A stretch of 64,000 nt of DNA from Holophagales bacterium (GTDB taxonomy: Bacteria; Acidobacteriota; Thermoanaerobaculia; Multivoradales; UBA5704), in contig JANMTS010000105.1 in assembly GCA_031390755.1 (NCBI GenBank), positions 64,007 to 128,006 of the forward strand, read 5' to 3'. Position 1 is the first letter of the stretch, and every line of letters begins with the position of its first letter. A model generated the notes under the pieces. It made no database searches, had not been told where the DNA came from, and saw nothing but the letters and a program-made list of their open reading frames with translations. Positions 46,501 through 54,731 of this stretch are shown piece after piece. Position numbers and translations under genes: made by a program.

Positions 46501-46565
46501 TGCCGGTGGCGGGGCCGGACGACGGGTTTGTGTTCTACGTGGTGTTCTTGAAGTTATTCAAGTAG
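43539..46565 (+). CDS. large outer-membrane protein: unknown N-terminal region + LolA/outer-membrane-lipoprotein-sorting-like module + Omp85/surface-antigen-type beta-barrel
   Basis: ORF 43218..46565 trimmed to ATG 43539 (MRNMTRFLLSLLLVPAFAQA, a signal peptide). ...DGRDAWVIDFAP...KLYQGSVWVDRQIYARLR is LolA-like. The C-terminal 350 aa are beta-barrel-like and end in F-K. Confidence 0.7.
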   Translation: MRNMTRFLLSLLLVPAFAQAEVLPCMPCAGVRFEPVQSLPVAAAETFRPGPIAEAQPSSAPMTMSNPAELPGLLAQAKLEKGSPLFVAWDVQLDGTAGPDANPGDTAARIVEAGGTPWISLVFHTPAPVAQNAERLQAELRAAVAVAAAAPPQAWFQIVWRPDGLEGQPEGQIAAADYAFLLKRAAVAITGARSEVRVATGPLPADPAFLEAFYGEEVTAYLDAVALQPAAAEALTRASEAVERLDPGRPVVLDAVPMPAAAGEILSDSARNAVRGIGLTLFRTTLVNGQTLSPLALLAREFAGDVSYGAGDVPTGAQEAWTFVRGKDYSLRVIALAPPGASELALRFSDPYLRRPTRFPYTFDKVGAPQGDAQEKGLVVRLDNPGRVAVIGLERATAAEREGVEEKVDVATAREMPVEEILRRLQAFEDAQDRKLDHYQAINTTHLRFQPAAGTQTFEATLQGPFFVGDTTGSDWAWQTLYVNGVKWRSKSIPEIPLVQPEKAAALPLQILFTKQYRYRLRGTDTVDGRDAWVIDFAPAGPGEPGKLYQGSVWVDRQIYARLRTRAVQVGLEGEVISNEETMTYSPIDAQGQPAPWSGESYVLPLHIVAQQILSVVNATTVVERETVLSEVKVNAADFDEKRAAIADTDVTMVRDTDKGLRYLVKEEGSEERVVKEGFDKSKLFLAGGAFYDDALDYPLPLAGVNYFNFDFRGTGKQLNVFFAGALLTANVAEPRLFGSKFDLGAQAFAVAVPFSDSLYRDGEEITGEEVDVRTAKLGVKLGRPLGSFVKIGLDYDVLFLTYGDTDNTADGYVPPTDNQTHSLEGTFSFSRGGYGFRANAGLSRRSEWEPWGFAGNPDYSADKDEFMRWGARLSKNWYLPKFQKIGAEVDYVSGSDLDRFNKYQFGFFGSTRVHGYQSNRVRAEEALAVHGTYGFEIGQALRLDAVGDVAWATDEATGLDNEMLAGVGIAGTFIGPWQTVVNLDVGVPVAGPDDGFVFYVVFLKLFK

Positions 46566-46570
46566 AAGGG

Positions 46571-46625
46571 GTTGATCCCATCCCCCCTCTCCCCGACCCT
46601 CTCCCCCGTGCCGGGGGAGAGGGAG
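46571..46625. repeat. family 1 hairpin element, copy D (reverse orientation)
   Basis: GTTGATCCCATCCCCCCTCTCCCCGA then the CCCTCTCCCCCG-tgc-CGGGGGAGAGGG hairpin, immediately after the OMP stop. Confidence 0.8.
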
Positions 46626-46659
46626 CCCCCACCCCCTCTTCGAGAGGCTCTTCCTTCCT

Positions 46660-47499
46660 TCAGGCCCGGCGCAGGAGCAAGGGCAGCTCCTGGGTGAGGT
46701 TCAGACTGCTCTCGTCTTCCTCTTCTTCCGCGGTCTCTTCGATCCCGGCCATGAAGTCCATCCGCTTGAGAACGGTCGGCGTGCAGGGGCGGCAGAGCAG
46801 ATAGCCCTGGAGGAGGGTGATTCCGGCGGCCTTGACCGTCTCCAGGTCGCGCTCGTCCTCGATCCCCTCGGCCACGGCCCGGGCTCCGAGACGGCCGGCG
46901 AGATCGGCGATCGATTCGAGGACCGCGCGGCGGGACGGGTCGGCGTGGGAGCCGTCCACGAAATGGCGGTCGATCTTGAGCAGGTCGGGCCGGCAGTCGA
47001 CGATCATCCGGAAGTTCGACTGGCCGAGGCCCACGTCGTCGAGGGCGATGCGCACGCCGAGGCCGCGCAGGCGCTCCAGGGCTTCGAGGAAGTGCGGACC
47101 GCTCCAGGGCGGAGCGTGCTCGACGATCTCGATCACGATCCGTTCGAGGGCGATGCCGTACTCGGCCGCCAGCTCGGCGAGCCAGAGCGGGAGCCGCCGC
47201 TCGCGCTCCAGGGTGACGGCGTGGACGTTGAGGCAGAGACCCGGCACGCGGGGCAGGCCGCGCGCCTGGCGCAGCGCCGACGCGATGGCCAGCAGGTCGA
47301 CCTGGGGCTCGCCGCGCTTCCGGCGGACGTACTCGAAGAGCACGTCCGAGCGTTCGATGTTGGTGTGCCGGGGGCCGCGGGTGAGCGCCTCCAGGGAGTG
47401 CAGCTGCAGGCCTGTCGGGCCGGCCTCGAAGATCGGCTGGAACAGGGTGCTGAGACCCTGGGGTTCGAGGATCAGATCCCAAAGGCGGCTGGTTTGCAT
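46660..47499 (-). CDS. EAL-domain protein (c-di-GMP phosphodiesterase-like)
   Basis: ORF 46660..47523 (TTG); I prefer ATG 47499-47497. LEALTRGP, DDVGLG, EGIE and QGY motifs. Confidence 0.85.
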   Translation of the reverse strand: MQTSRLWDLILEPQGLSTLFQPIFEAGPTGLQLHSLEALTRGPRHTNIERSDVLFEYVRRKRGEPQVDLLAIASALRQARGLPRVPGLCLNVHAVTLERERRLPLWLAELAAEYGIALERIVIEIVEHAPPWSGPHFLEALERLRGLGVRIALDDVGLGQSNFRMIVDCRPDLLKIDRHFVDGSHADPSRRAVLESIADLAGRLGARAVAEGIEDERDLETVKAAGITLLQGYLLCRPCTPTVLKRMDFMAGIEETAEEEEDESSLNLTQELPLLLRRA

Positions 47500-47545
47500 A
47501 ACGCCCAGGCTCTCTCCCGTCAAAGACGGCCGGCCGGCTCCTGGA

Positions 47546-47926
47546 TCAGGAGGCCTGCTGTCCCGTCAGATTCGCGGCGATCGCAGCCAGCTCCGCGAGC
47601 GGCTGCGGCTTCTGCAGAAAGGCATCCACCCCTCGCCCGATGGCCTCCATCTCGATCTCGGTCGATCCGTAGCCGGTCAGGACGATGATCCGCGTCCAGG
47701 GCGACCGCTCGCGGATGAACCGGATCAGCTCCAGTCCTTCATTGCCATGCACTCCGGTGAGCCGCACGTCGGCGATGACGAGCGCGTAGCGGATGTGGAC
47801 GAGGAGGGCCTCGGCCTCTTCGAGCTCGCGCGCGCAGTCCACGTCGTACCCCAGAGGCAGGAAGTACTCGCGGATGGCGGAGAGGATGGATTCCTCGTCG
47901 TCGACGACCAGAAGACGCGGCTTCAT
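47546..47926 (-). CDS. stand-alone response-regulator receiver protein
   Basis: ORF track, 126 aa. LVVDDE..., phospho-acceptor D in VIADVRL, and a T...K pattern. Confidence 0.9.
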   Translation of the reverse strand: MKPRLLVVDDEESILSAIREYFLPLGYDVDCARELEEAEALLVHIRYALVIADVRLTGVHGNEGLELIRFIRERSPWTRIIVLTGYGSTEIEMEAIGRGVDAFLQKPQPLAELAAIAANLTGQQAS

Positions 47927-48056
47927 CGGGGACGCTTCGGGAGACGAACGGGGGCTCGCCTCCGCACTCCTTTCGACTGCATTGACTTTGGACTTCAGTA
48001 TACGACAGTCCGGGGAGCGGAGGGCCTCCCTGATACGGCGGCCGACGGCCAGGGTT

Positions 48057-49967
48057 TCACGGGCTCAACCGGCGCGGGCGCAGCGGCAGGAAGACCTTCA
48101 TCCAGGCGCCGCCCCCGGGCCGGTTCGCCGCCGCCACCTCGCCGCCGTGCTGCTCCACGATCCGCTGCACGATGGACAGGCCCAGGCCCGTGCCGCCGCG
48201 CCGCCGGGTGAAGAACGGCTCGAAGACGTGGTGCAGGTCGCCGGGCAGGAACCCCGGACCGGAGTCCTCGACCACGAACCGCACGCCGTCGCGCTCGCCG
48301 GCCGCCGGCTCCGCCCGCAGCACCACCGAGGAGTCGCGGGGGGAGTGCTGTATAGCATTCTCCAACAAATTCTGGAAGACCTGGGCGATCCGGCCGCGGT
48401 CGACGTGCAGCATCGGCAGGTCGGCCCGCAGGTCTGTCCGCAGGTCTGTGGATACCTCGGGCCGCACGGTGACGCCGGCCTCGCCGGCCAGATGGCCGCA
48501 CGCGGCGCACGCCGCCGCGATGATGTCGTCCGGCGCCAGGGCGGCGAGGTCCAGGCGCGCCGGCTTGCCGTACTCCAGGAGCTGCCTCATGAGCTCGCTC
48601 AGCCGGCGCACCTCCACCTGGAGGACGTCGAAGTAGCGGCGGAAGGCCTTGCGGCTCCCGACGCTCGACTCGAACGCGTCGAGGGTGGCGGAGATTCCAA
48701 AGAGAGGATTACGCACTTCGTGGGCGACTCCCGCCACCAGCGCTCCCATGGCCGACATGGTCTCGCTGCGGCGCAGCGACTCCTGGAGGCGGACGAGGTC
48801 GGTGATGTCGCGCGCCACGACCACGACGCCGTCCTGGCCGTCGGGGCTGGTGACCGGGCTCATGGAGATGTCCCAGAAGCGGTTCTGGTCGTCCCTCGCC
48901 TGGACCGATCCCGCGGCGCCGGTGTCCTCGATCTCCGAGAGAAGATCGTGGATGGCCAGCCAGGGCTGGGTGTCGCCGAGGATCGCGAGCGGGTGATAGA
49001 CGGCCTCCTCGAAGCCGATGCCGGCGAGGTCGCGTGCCGCCCGGTTCATCCGGATGATGCGGCCGTCGATCTCGATGAGCAGGAGCGGGTGGGTGAGCGC
49101 GTCGAAGGTGAGGCGCCACTCCTGGGCCGAGATGCGCAGGGCGCGCTGGAGCTTCTCCTGGCGCAGCCCGGCGCGGCGGCGGGCCTGCTGCTCGCGCTCG
49201 CGCTCCACCGCCACGGCCAGGAGGGTCGCCACGGAGCGCAGGAAGCTCTCCTCTTCCAGGCCGAACGTCTGACCGGGCTGGGTGCGCGCCAGGAGAACGC
49301 CCCAGGGCCGGCCGCGCCCGGGGATCGGCACGACGCTCGTGGCCAGCTCGATCTCCGGGTCGGTCTGGTCACCCTTGTGGTCCTTGCGCTCAACGATGAC
49401 ACAGCCGGCCAGGTCCAGCGCCTGCCGCGTGCGCCGCGCGGCCTCGTCGAGCAGCGCGGGGATGGGGGTGCCTTCGAGCGCGTGGCGACCCAGATCCGCG
49501 ACCACGGACTGCTGGTCGGCGCGCCGCCGCAGCTCGATCTCGGAGGCCTTGAGGTGGGTGATGTCGGTGAAGGAGACCGCCACCGCATAGGGATCGGGAT
49601 CGTCGGCGCGGCGCAGCGGCCGGGAGTTGAGCGAGATCCACGAGCGCGTGCCATCGTTCCGCTCGATGCCCATGATGACCCGCGAGCAGGGCTGCCCGGT
49701 GAGCAGCGTGATGGTCGCCGGATGGCTCTCGGGCTCGAACCGGCTGCCGTCCTCCCGGATCGCCCGCCAGCCCGGATTGCGGGCGGTGCGGCCGAGGATC
49801 TGCCCTTCGGGCAGGCCGAGGATGCGGCAGGCGGACGCGTTGCAGCTGGAGATGGAGCCGTCCGCCTCGTGCAGGACGATCCCCTCCTCCAGGGCGGCGA
49901 CCACCGCGCGAAAGCGCTCCTCGCTCTCCCGCAGCGCGCTCTCGGCGGCTTCTCGGCTCTTCGGCAT
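48057..49967 (-). CDS. PAS-GAF-PAS sensor histidine kinase
   Basis: ORF track, 636 aa. H-box VAGVAHEVRNPL; N, G1 and G2 boxes (NLLENAIQHS, DSGPG, GTGLGLSIV). Confidence 0.92.
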   Translation of the reverse strand: MPKSREAAESALRESEERFRAVVAALEEGIVLHEADGSISSCNASACRILGLPEGQILGRTARNPGWRAIREDGSRFEPESHPATITLLTGQPCSRVIMGIERNDGTRSWISLNSRPLRRADDPDPYAVAVSFTDITHLKASEIELRRRADQQSVVADLGRHALEGTPIPALLDEAARRTRQALDLAGCVIVERKDHKGDQTDPEIELATSVVPIPGRGRPWGVLLARTQPGQTFGLEEESFLRSVATLLAVAVEREREQQARRRAGLRQEKLQRALRISAQEWRLTFDALTHPLLLIEIDGRIIRMNRAARDLAGIGFEEAVYHPLAILGDTQPWLAIHDLLSEIEDTGAAGSVQARDDQNRFWDISMSPVTSPDGQDGVVVVARDITDLVRLQESLRRSETMSAMGALVAGVAHEVRNPLFGISATLDAFESSVGSRKAFRRYFDVLQVEVRRLSELMRQLLEYGKPARLDLAALAPDDIIAAACAACGHLAGEAGVTVRPEVSTDLRTDLRADLPMLHVDRGRIAQVFQNLLENAIQHSPRDSSVVLRAEPAAGERDGVRFVVEDSGPGFLPGDLHHVFEPFFTRRRGGTGLGLSIVQRIVEQHGGEVAAANRPGGGAWMKVFLPLRPRRLSP

Positions 49968-50026
49968 GATGGGCTGACTATTATAGGGCGGTTGCTCTCA
50001 GCCGGTTATGAAGTAAGCTGCCCCGC

Positions 50027-51865
50027 GTGGGATTCCCGTCCGGGACTCTGGAGAGGTGGCTGCGGCGCGGGCGTCGGCGGCTCTTCCGCCCGCGCGTGGA
50101 CTTCGTCTACAGCCGGCGCTATCAGATCGAGCTGCCCGGCGCCGCCTACGACAACCGCCGCGGCGAGCGGATCCTGACCTTCCTGGACTCCAGCGGTCTG
50201 CTCGACGCAAAGTCGGTCCACCGCCCCGAGCCGGCCACGTTCCGCCACCTGCGCCGGGTCCACTCCGACGACTACCTCGACTCCCTGAACCAGCCGGGCT
50301 CCCTGACCTCGGTGATCGGCTTCGCGATCGCCGAGCACGCGGCGGACCGCATCCTCGACGCCCAGCGGGCCATGGCGGGCGGCACGCTGATGGCCGCCCG
50401 CCTCGCGCTCGGTGCCGACCGCGAGGATGGAGGGATCGCCATCAACCTCGGCGGCGGCCTGCACCACGCGTTCGCCGACAAGGGGGAGCGCTTCTGCGTC
50501 TTCAACGACGTGGCCGTGGCGGTGGCCGACCTCCGCCACGCGGGTTACGGCGGCCGCATCCTGGTCGTCGACCTCGATCTTCACGACGGGGACGGCACGC
50601 GGGCGCTGTTCGCCGCCGATCCCACGGTCCACACGTTCTCGATCCACAACCAGACGAACGGCACCGAGGACGCCATCGCGGCCACGATCGTGGAGCTGCC
50701 TGGCGAGGTCGAGGACGGCGACTACCTGGAGGCCCTGAGGAGCCGTCTTCCCGGCCTGCTCAAGAGCTTCGACCCCGGCCTCGTGATCTATCTCGCGGGG
50801 TGCGACCCGGCGGCCGACGACCAGATCGGCAACTGGAAGATCTCGGCGGAGGGCATGCTGGAGCGCGATCTCTATGTGGCCGCCAAGGTGCGCGAGCGCC
50901 GGCTGCCGCTGGTGGTCGTGCTCGCGGGAGGGTACGGCTTCGAGGCCTGGCGCTACAGCGCGCGGTTCCTCTCGACCCTGCTCAACCGGGGGCGGCCGGT
51001 GGAGCCGCCGAGCACCGAGGAGATCACCCTGGTCCGCTACCGCCAGCTCGCCCGGGAGCTGGCGCCGCACGAGCTGACGGGCGAGGGCGGCGGGGACGGC
51101 GAAAGACCCGGGGACGACGACTGGGGCCTCACCGCCGAGGACATCCTGCCCGGACTGGCCGCGCCGCACCGGTCGCGCCGGCTGCTGGGCTACTACTCCC
51201 TCCAGGGGCTGGAGCTGGCGCTCGAACGGGCGGGCATCCTCGATCGTCTCCGGAGCCTCGGCTTCTCCCAGCCGACGCTGGAGATCGACCTCGACAATCC
51301 TTCGGGCGACACGGTCCGGCTGTACGGCGACGAGACGCGGTCCGAGCTGCTGCTCGAAAGTCGGGTGCGCATCGACCGCGCCACCGTGCCGCACTCCGCC
51401 CTGCTGCGCATCGAGTGGCTGCTGATGCAGAACCCGCGCGCCAGCTTCACCCCCCAGCGGCCGCGGCTGCCCGGCCAGAAGCATCCCGGACTGGGCATCC
51501 TGCCGGACATCATGGCCCTGCTGGTCCTCGCCTGCGAGCGCCTGCAGCTCGAAGGCCTGCTCTTCGTGCCGGCCCACTTCAACACGGCCACCCAGGGCCG
51601 GCGGTATCTGCGCGTGCTGGCGCCGGAGGACGAGGCCTTCCTGCGCGCTCTGGAAAAGGCGCTGGCCGGGATGTCGCTGTCGGAGGCCTCCCACTCGGTG
51701 GACGAGCGGCGGGTCCTGAACCGCCGGACCGGCCTCGCCGAGCCGTGGCGGAGCATGCCGATGGTCTACCCGCTCTCCGAGCGCCTGCGCGGCCTTGTCG
51801 CGGGCGACGACTACGAACGCAAGGTGGCCGAGGCCGCCGCGGGCTTCGACCTGAAGCTGACATGA
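50027..51865 (+). CDS. histone-deacetylase-family (Zn amidohydrolase) domain fused to a ~270-aa C-terminal domain of unknown function
   Basis: ORF track, 612 aa (GTG 50027; alternative GTG ~50096). GGGLHHAFADKGERFCVFNDVAVA and DLDLHDGDGT motifs. The C-terminal half (from ~51050) has no family I recognise. Confidence 0.8.
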   Translation: MGFPSGTLERWLRRGRRRLFRPRVDFVYSRRYQIELPGAAYDNRRGERILTFLDSSGLLDAKSVHRPEPATFRHLRRVHSDDYLDSLNQPGSLTSVIGFAIAEHAADRILDAQRAMAGGTLMAARLALGADREDGGIAINLGGGLHHAFADKGERFCVFNDVAVAVADLRHAGYGGRILVVDLDLHDGDGTRALFAADPTVHTFSIHNQTNGTEDAIAATIVELPGEVEDGDYLEALRSRLPGLLKSFDPGLVIYLAGCDPAADDQIGNWKISAEGMLERDLYVAAKVRERRLPLVVVLAGGYGFEAWRYSARFLSTLLNRGRPVEPPSTEEITLVRYRQLARELAPHELTGEGGGDGERPGDDDWGLTAEDILPGLAAPHRSRRLLGYYSLQGLELALERAGILDRLRSLGFSQPTLEIDLDNPSGDTVRLYGDETRSELLLESRVRIDRATVPHSALLRIEWLLMQNPRASFTPQRPRLPGQKHPGLGILPDIMALLVLACERLQLEGLLFVPAHFNTATQGRRYLRVLAPEDEAFLRALEKALAGMSLSEASHSVDERRVLNRRTGLAEPWRSMPMVYPLSERLRGLVAGDDYERKVAEAAAGFDLKLT

Positions 51866-51867
51866 AA

Positions 51868-51933
51868 TTGATCCCATTCCCCCTCTCCCCAGCCCTCTCC
51901 CCAGTCCTCTCCTCAGTATTGGGGGAGAGGGGG
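51868..51933. repeat. family 1 hairpin element, copy E (reverse orientation)
   Basis: TTGATCCCATTCCCCCTCTCCCCAG then CCCTCTCCCC-(20-nt loop)-GGGGAGAGGG. Starts 3 nt after the HDAC-fusion stop and ends 18 nt before the next start. Confidence 0.75.
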
Positions 51934-51950
51934 CTTCCCAGAGCGCGGCC

Positions 51951-53384
51951 ATGGTGACGATCCCCCTCTGGCTCTTCCTTCTCCTGCTCGCGCTCGCGAT
52001 CTGGGCGGCGCTCGACCGGATGCTCGTGCCGGGGGTCCGCTGGTATCTGCGCCAGCGGGCGAACCGGGTGATCGACGAGCTCAACACCCGGCTCAAGGTG
52101 GAGATCCGGTCCTTCCAGCGCACCCGGCGGAAGGTGCTGATCGACCGGCTGCTCTACGATCCCAAGGTGCTGGAGGCGGTGGATGCCCACAGCCGGGAGA
52201 AGGGCGAGCCGCGGGAGGTGGTGTTCGCCCGGGTGCGGCGCTACGCCCGCGAGATCGTGCCGGCGTTCAACGCCTACTTCTACTTCCGGATCGGCACCTG
52301 GATCTCCCGGCGCGTGGCGCAGTTTCTCTACCGGGTGCGCCTGGGCAGCTCGGACGAGGCCGGCCTGGCCACGGTGCCGCCGCAGTCGACGGTGGTCTTC
52401 CTCATGAACCACCGCTCGAACATGGACTACATCCTGGTCGCCTACCTGGCCGCGGACCGCACCTCGCTCTCCTACGCCGTGGGAGAGTGGGCGCGCATCT
52501 GGCCGCTCCAGACGCTCATCCGGGCGACCGGCGCCTACTTCGTCCGCCGCAGCTCGGGCGATCCGCTCTACCGCCGGGTGCTGGAGCGCTACATCCACAT
52601 GGCGACGTCGTCCGGAGTGACTCAGGCGGTCTACCCGGAGGGCGGGCTCTCCCGCGACGGCCGTCTGCGCAAGCCGAAGCTCGGCCTGCTCGACTACATG
52701 CTGCGCGGCTTCGACCCCCAGGGCGACCGCGACCTCGTGTTCATCCCGGTCGGGATCAACTACGACCGCGTGCTCGAAGACCGGACGCTGCTCCTCGACG
52801 CGGAGCCTGCCAGCCCTCGGGTTCCGCGAAAGGGGAGCCTGGGCGCGGCGGCCACCACCCTCCGCTTCACCGTCCACAACCTCTGGCTCATGATCCGCAG
52901 CCGCTGGCACCGCTTCGGCTACGCCTGCGTGAACTTCGGCACGCCGGTCTCGATGCGGCAGTATCTGAAGGATCTGGGAGTGGATCTCCGGACGCTCGAC
53001 CGGGAGGCGCGGACGGCCCACCTGGAGCGGCTCGGAGAGACCCTGATGAAGGGCATCGGCGCGATCGTGCCGGTCCTGCCCGTGCCGCTGGTGGCCACGG
53101 TGTTTCTGGGAGCGACGGAGCCCATGTCCGAATTGGAGGTCAAGGTGCGGACGTTCCGCCTGATGACTGCGCTCCAGGAAGCGGGAGCCCAGGTCTACAT
53201 CCCGCGCCGGGACCAGGACTACGCCATCCTGGCCGGTCTGCGGATGCTCCTCCAGCGCCGCCTGATCCAGGAGAAGGACGGCCTCTATACGATCCGGCAG
53301 GAGGAACGGCCGGCGCTCGGGTACTACGCCAACTCGATCGAGCATCTGCTGCCCGGTTACCCGAGAGGATACTCGGCAGGATAA
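51951..53384 (+). CDS. PlsB-like glycerol-3-phosphate/lysophospholipid acyltransferase
   Basis: ORF track, 477 aa. N-terminal TM helix; HX4D motif NHRSNMDY; FVRR and YPEGGLSRDG blocks. Confidence 0.8.
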   Translation: MVTIPLWLFLLLLALAIWAALDRMLVPGVRWYLRQRANRVIDELNTRLKVEIRSFQRTRRKVLIDRLLYDPKVLEAVDAHSREKGEPREVVFARVRRYAREIVPAFNAYFYFRIGTWISRRVAQFLYRVRLGSSDEAGLATVPPQSTVVFLMNHRSNMDYILVAYLAADRTSLSYAVGEWARIWPLQTLIRATGAYFVRRSSGDPLYRRVLERYIHMATSSGVTQAVYPEGGLSRDGRLRKPKLGLLDYMLRGFDPQGDRDLVFIPVGINYDRVLEDRTLLLDAEPASPRVPRKGSLGAAATTLRFTVHNLWLMIRSRWHRFGYACVNFGTPVSMRQYLKDLGVDLRTLDREARTAHLERLGETLMKGIGAIVPVLPVPLVATVFLGATEPMSELEVKVRTFRLMTALQEAGAQVYIPRRDQDYAILAGLRMLLQRRLIQEKDGLYTIRQEERPALGYYANSIEHLLPGYPRGYSAG

Positions 53385-53417
53385 ACTCGCGGAGAGTCCC
53401 GCCGTATTGAGTCCGTG

Positions 53418-54578
53418 ATGAGCAAGAAGGTCCGCGCCCCCAAACCTAGTACCGTCAACCGCCTGGAGCGGTTCGTCCACGAGTACACGGCCGGTTTCGA
53501 GGGCCGCGACCTGCGGCGTCTCTTCGACCGGGATGCGACCCGCGCCTACAAGGTGCTGGTCCGCGGGCACGAGGACACGTCCGAGCCCAAAGGCCACCTC
53601 GGCCGCTTCTTCTATCGCATCAAGCTCGCCTTCCTCGGACTCTCCTACAAGCTCACCCCGGCGCGGCGCATCGTCTTCGCGGCGTCGCTCCTCGCCTTCC
53701 TCCTGGGGTTCGTGGACGATCCGCAGGTCGTGATGTCGCGGGGCAAGACCGAGTGGAGCCTGGATTTCTCGCCGCTCTGGTTCGGGTTGAGCCTCGCGAT
53801 GATGATCTATCTGCTCGCCCTGGAGCTGGTGGACCGCATCCGGGTGCGCGACGAATTGGAGGTTGCGCGCGAGCTCCAGGTGGAGCTGCTGCCGCACGAC
53901 GTGCCGCCGATCCCCGGCTACGACTTCGCCCACTCGTACCGCACGGCGAACGAGGTAGGCGGCGACTATTACGATCTCACTCCGCTGCCGGACGGCCGGG
54001 TCGCCCTGCTGGTCGGGGACGCGAGCGGCCACGGCATGGCCGCGGGGCTGGTGATGGCGATCGCCAACGCCACCCTGAAAACGGCGCTGGACATCGACCC
54101 CAGGCCGGAGCGGGTTCTGGAGCTGCTCAACCGCACGCTCTGCCGGACCGGCACGAGCCGGACCTTCATGAGCGTCTTCTATGCGCTGCTGGACCCGGCG
54201 ACCGGGACGCTGGAGCACGTCTGCGCCGGCCATCCGTTTCCGGTGCTGCGGCGGGCGGACGGCACGCTGCTGGAGCTGGGGTGCGGCGGGTTTCCGCTGG
54301 GGATGAAGGAGCCGCTGGAGCTGCGGCCGGCGACGGTCACCCTGGAGCCGGGCGACTCGCTCGTCCTCTACACGGATGGTCTGGCCGAGGCTCTCGATCC
54401 GCAGGGCCGGCAGGCGTTCGGCTACGACCGGATCTCCGACCTCACCCGCGAGGGCGGCTCGCCGCGGATTCTCCACGAGAGAATTCTCCGGGCCTTCGAC
54501 AGCCACGTGGGCGGCGAGCCGCTGTTGGACGACCTGACTCTACTCGTCGCAGCCCGCCTCCCCCCGCTGCCGGTTTGA
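53418..54578 (+). CDS. membrane-anchored PP2C/SpoIIE-family protein phosphatase
   Basis: ORF 53415..54578 (GTG, then ATG at 53418). Two TM helices, then ARELQVELLP..., GGDYYD, GDASGHGMAAG and YTDGL motifs. Confidence 0.88.
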   Translation: MSKKVRAPKPSTVNRLERFVHEYTAGFEGRDLRRLFDRDATRAYKVLVRGHEDTSEPKGHLGRFFYRIKLAFLGLSYKLTPARRIVFAASLLAFLLGFVDDPQVVMSRGKTEWSLDFSPLWFGLSLAMMIYLLALELVDRIRVRDELEVARELQVELLPHDVPPIPGYDFAHSYRTANEVGGDYYDLTPLPDGRVALLVGDASGHGMAAGLVMAIANATLKTALDIDPRPERVLELLNRTLCRTGTSRTFMSVFYALLDPATGTLEHVCAGHPFPVLRRADGTLLELGCGGFPLGMKEPLELRPATVTLEPGDSLVLYTDGLAEALDPQGRQAFGYDRISDLTREGGSPRILHERILRAFDSHVGGEPLLDDLTLLVAARLPPLPV

Positions 54579-54581
54579 ACG

Positions 54582-54674
54582 CTGTAGGGGCAACCCTTGT
54601 GGTTGCCCTTCCTGCGGTTCCTTGGGGCGTTGATCTCGGACCCAAGAGGGCAGGCACAAGGCCTGCCCCTACAG
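54582..54674. repeat. composite palindrome built from two inverted family 2 elements
   Basis: CTGTAGGGGCAACCCTTGTGGTTGCCC (54582-54608) and GGGCAGGCACAAGGCCTGCCCCTACAG (54648-54674) flank a central CTTGGG...CCCAAG hairpin, between convergent genes. Confidence 0.8.
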
Positions 54675-54731
54675 TCATCAACGTGGCGTCCGGCGTCCGG
54701 CGCTCCTGCCGCGCAGGCGCCTGGCCCCCCT

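Noticed and set aside
51579-54506. 975-aa minus-strand ORF spanning three + strand genes
   Set aside because: It crosses two intergenic regions and a hairpin repeat, has shadow composition, and all three + strand genes carry clear motifs.
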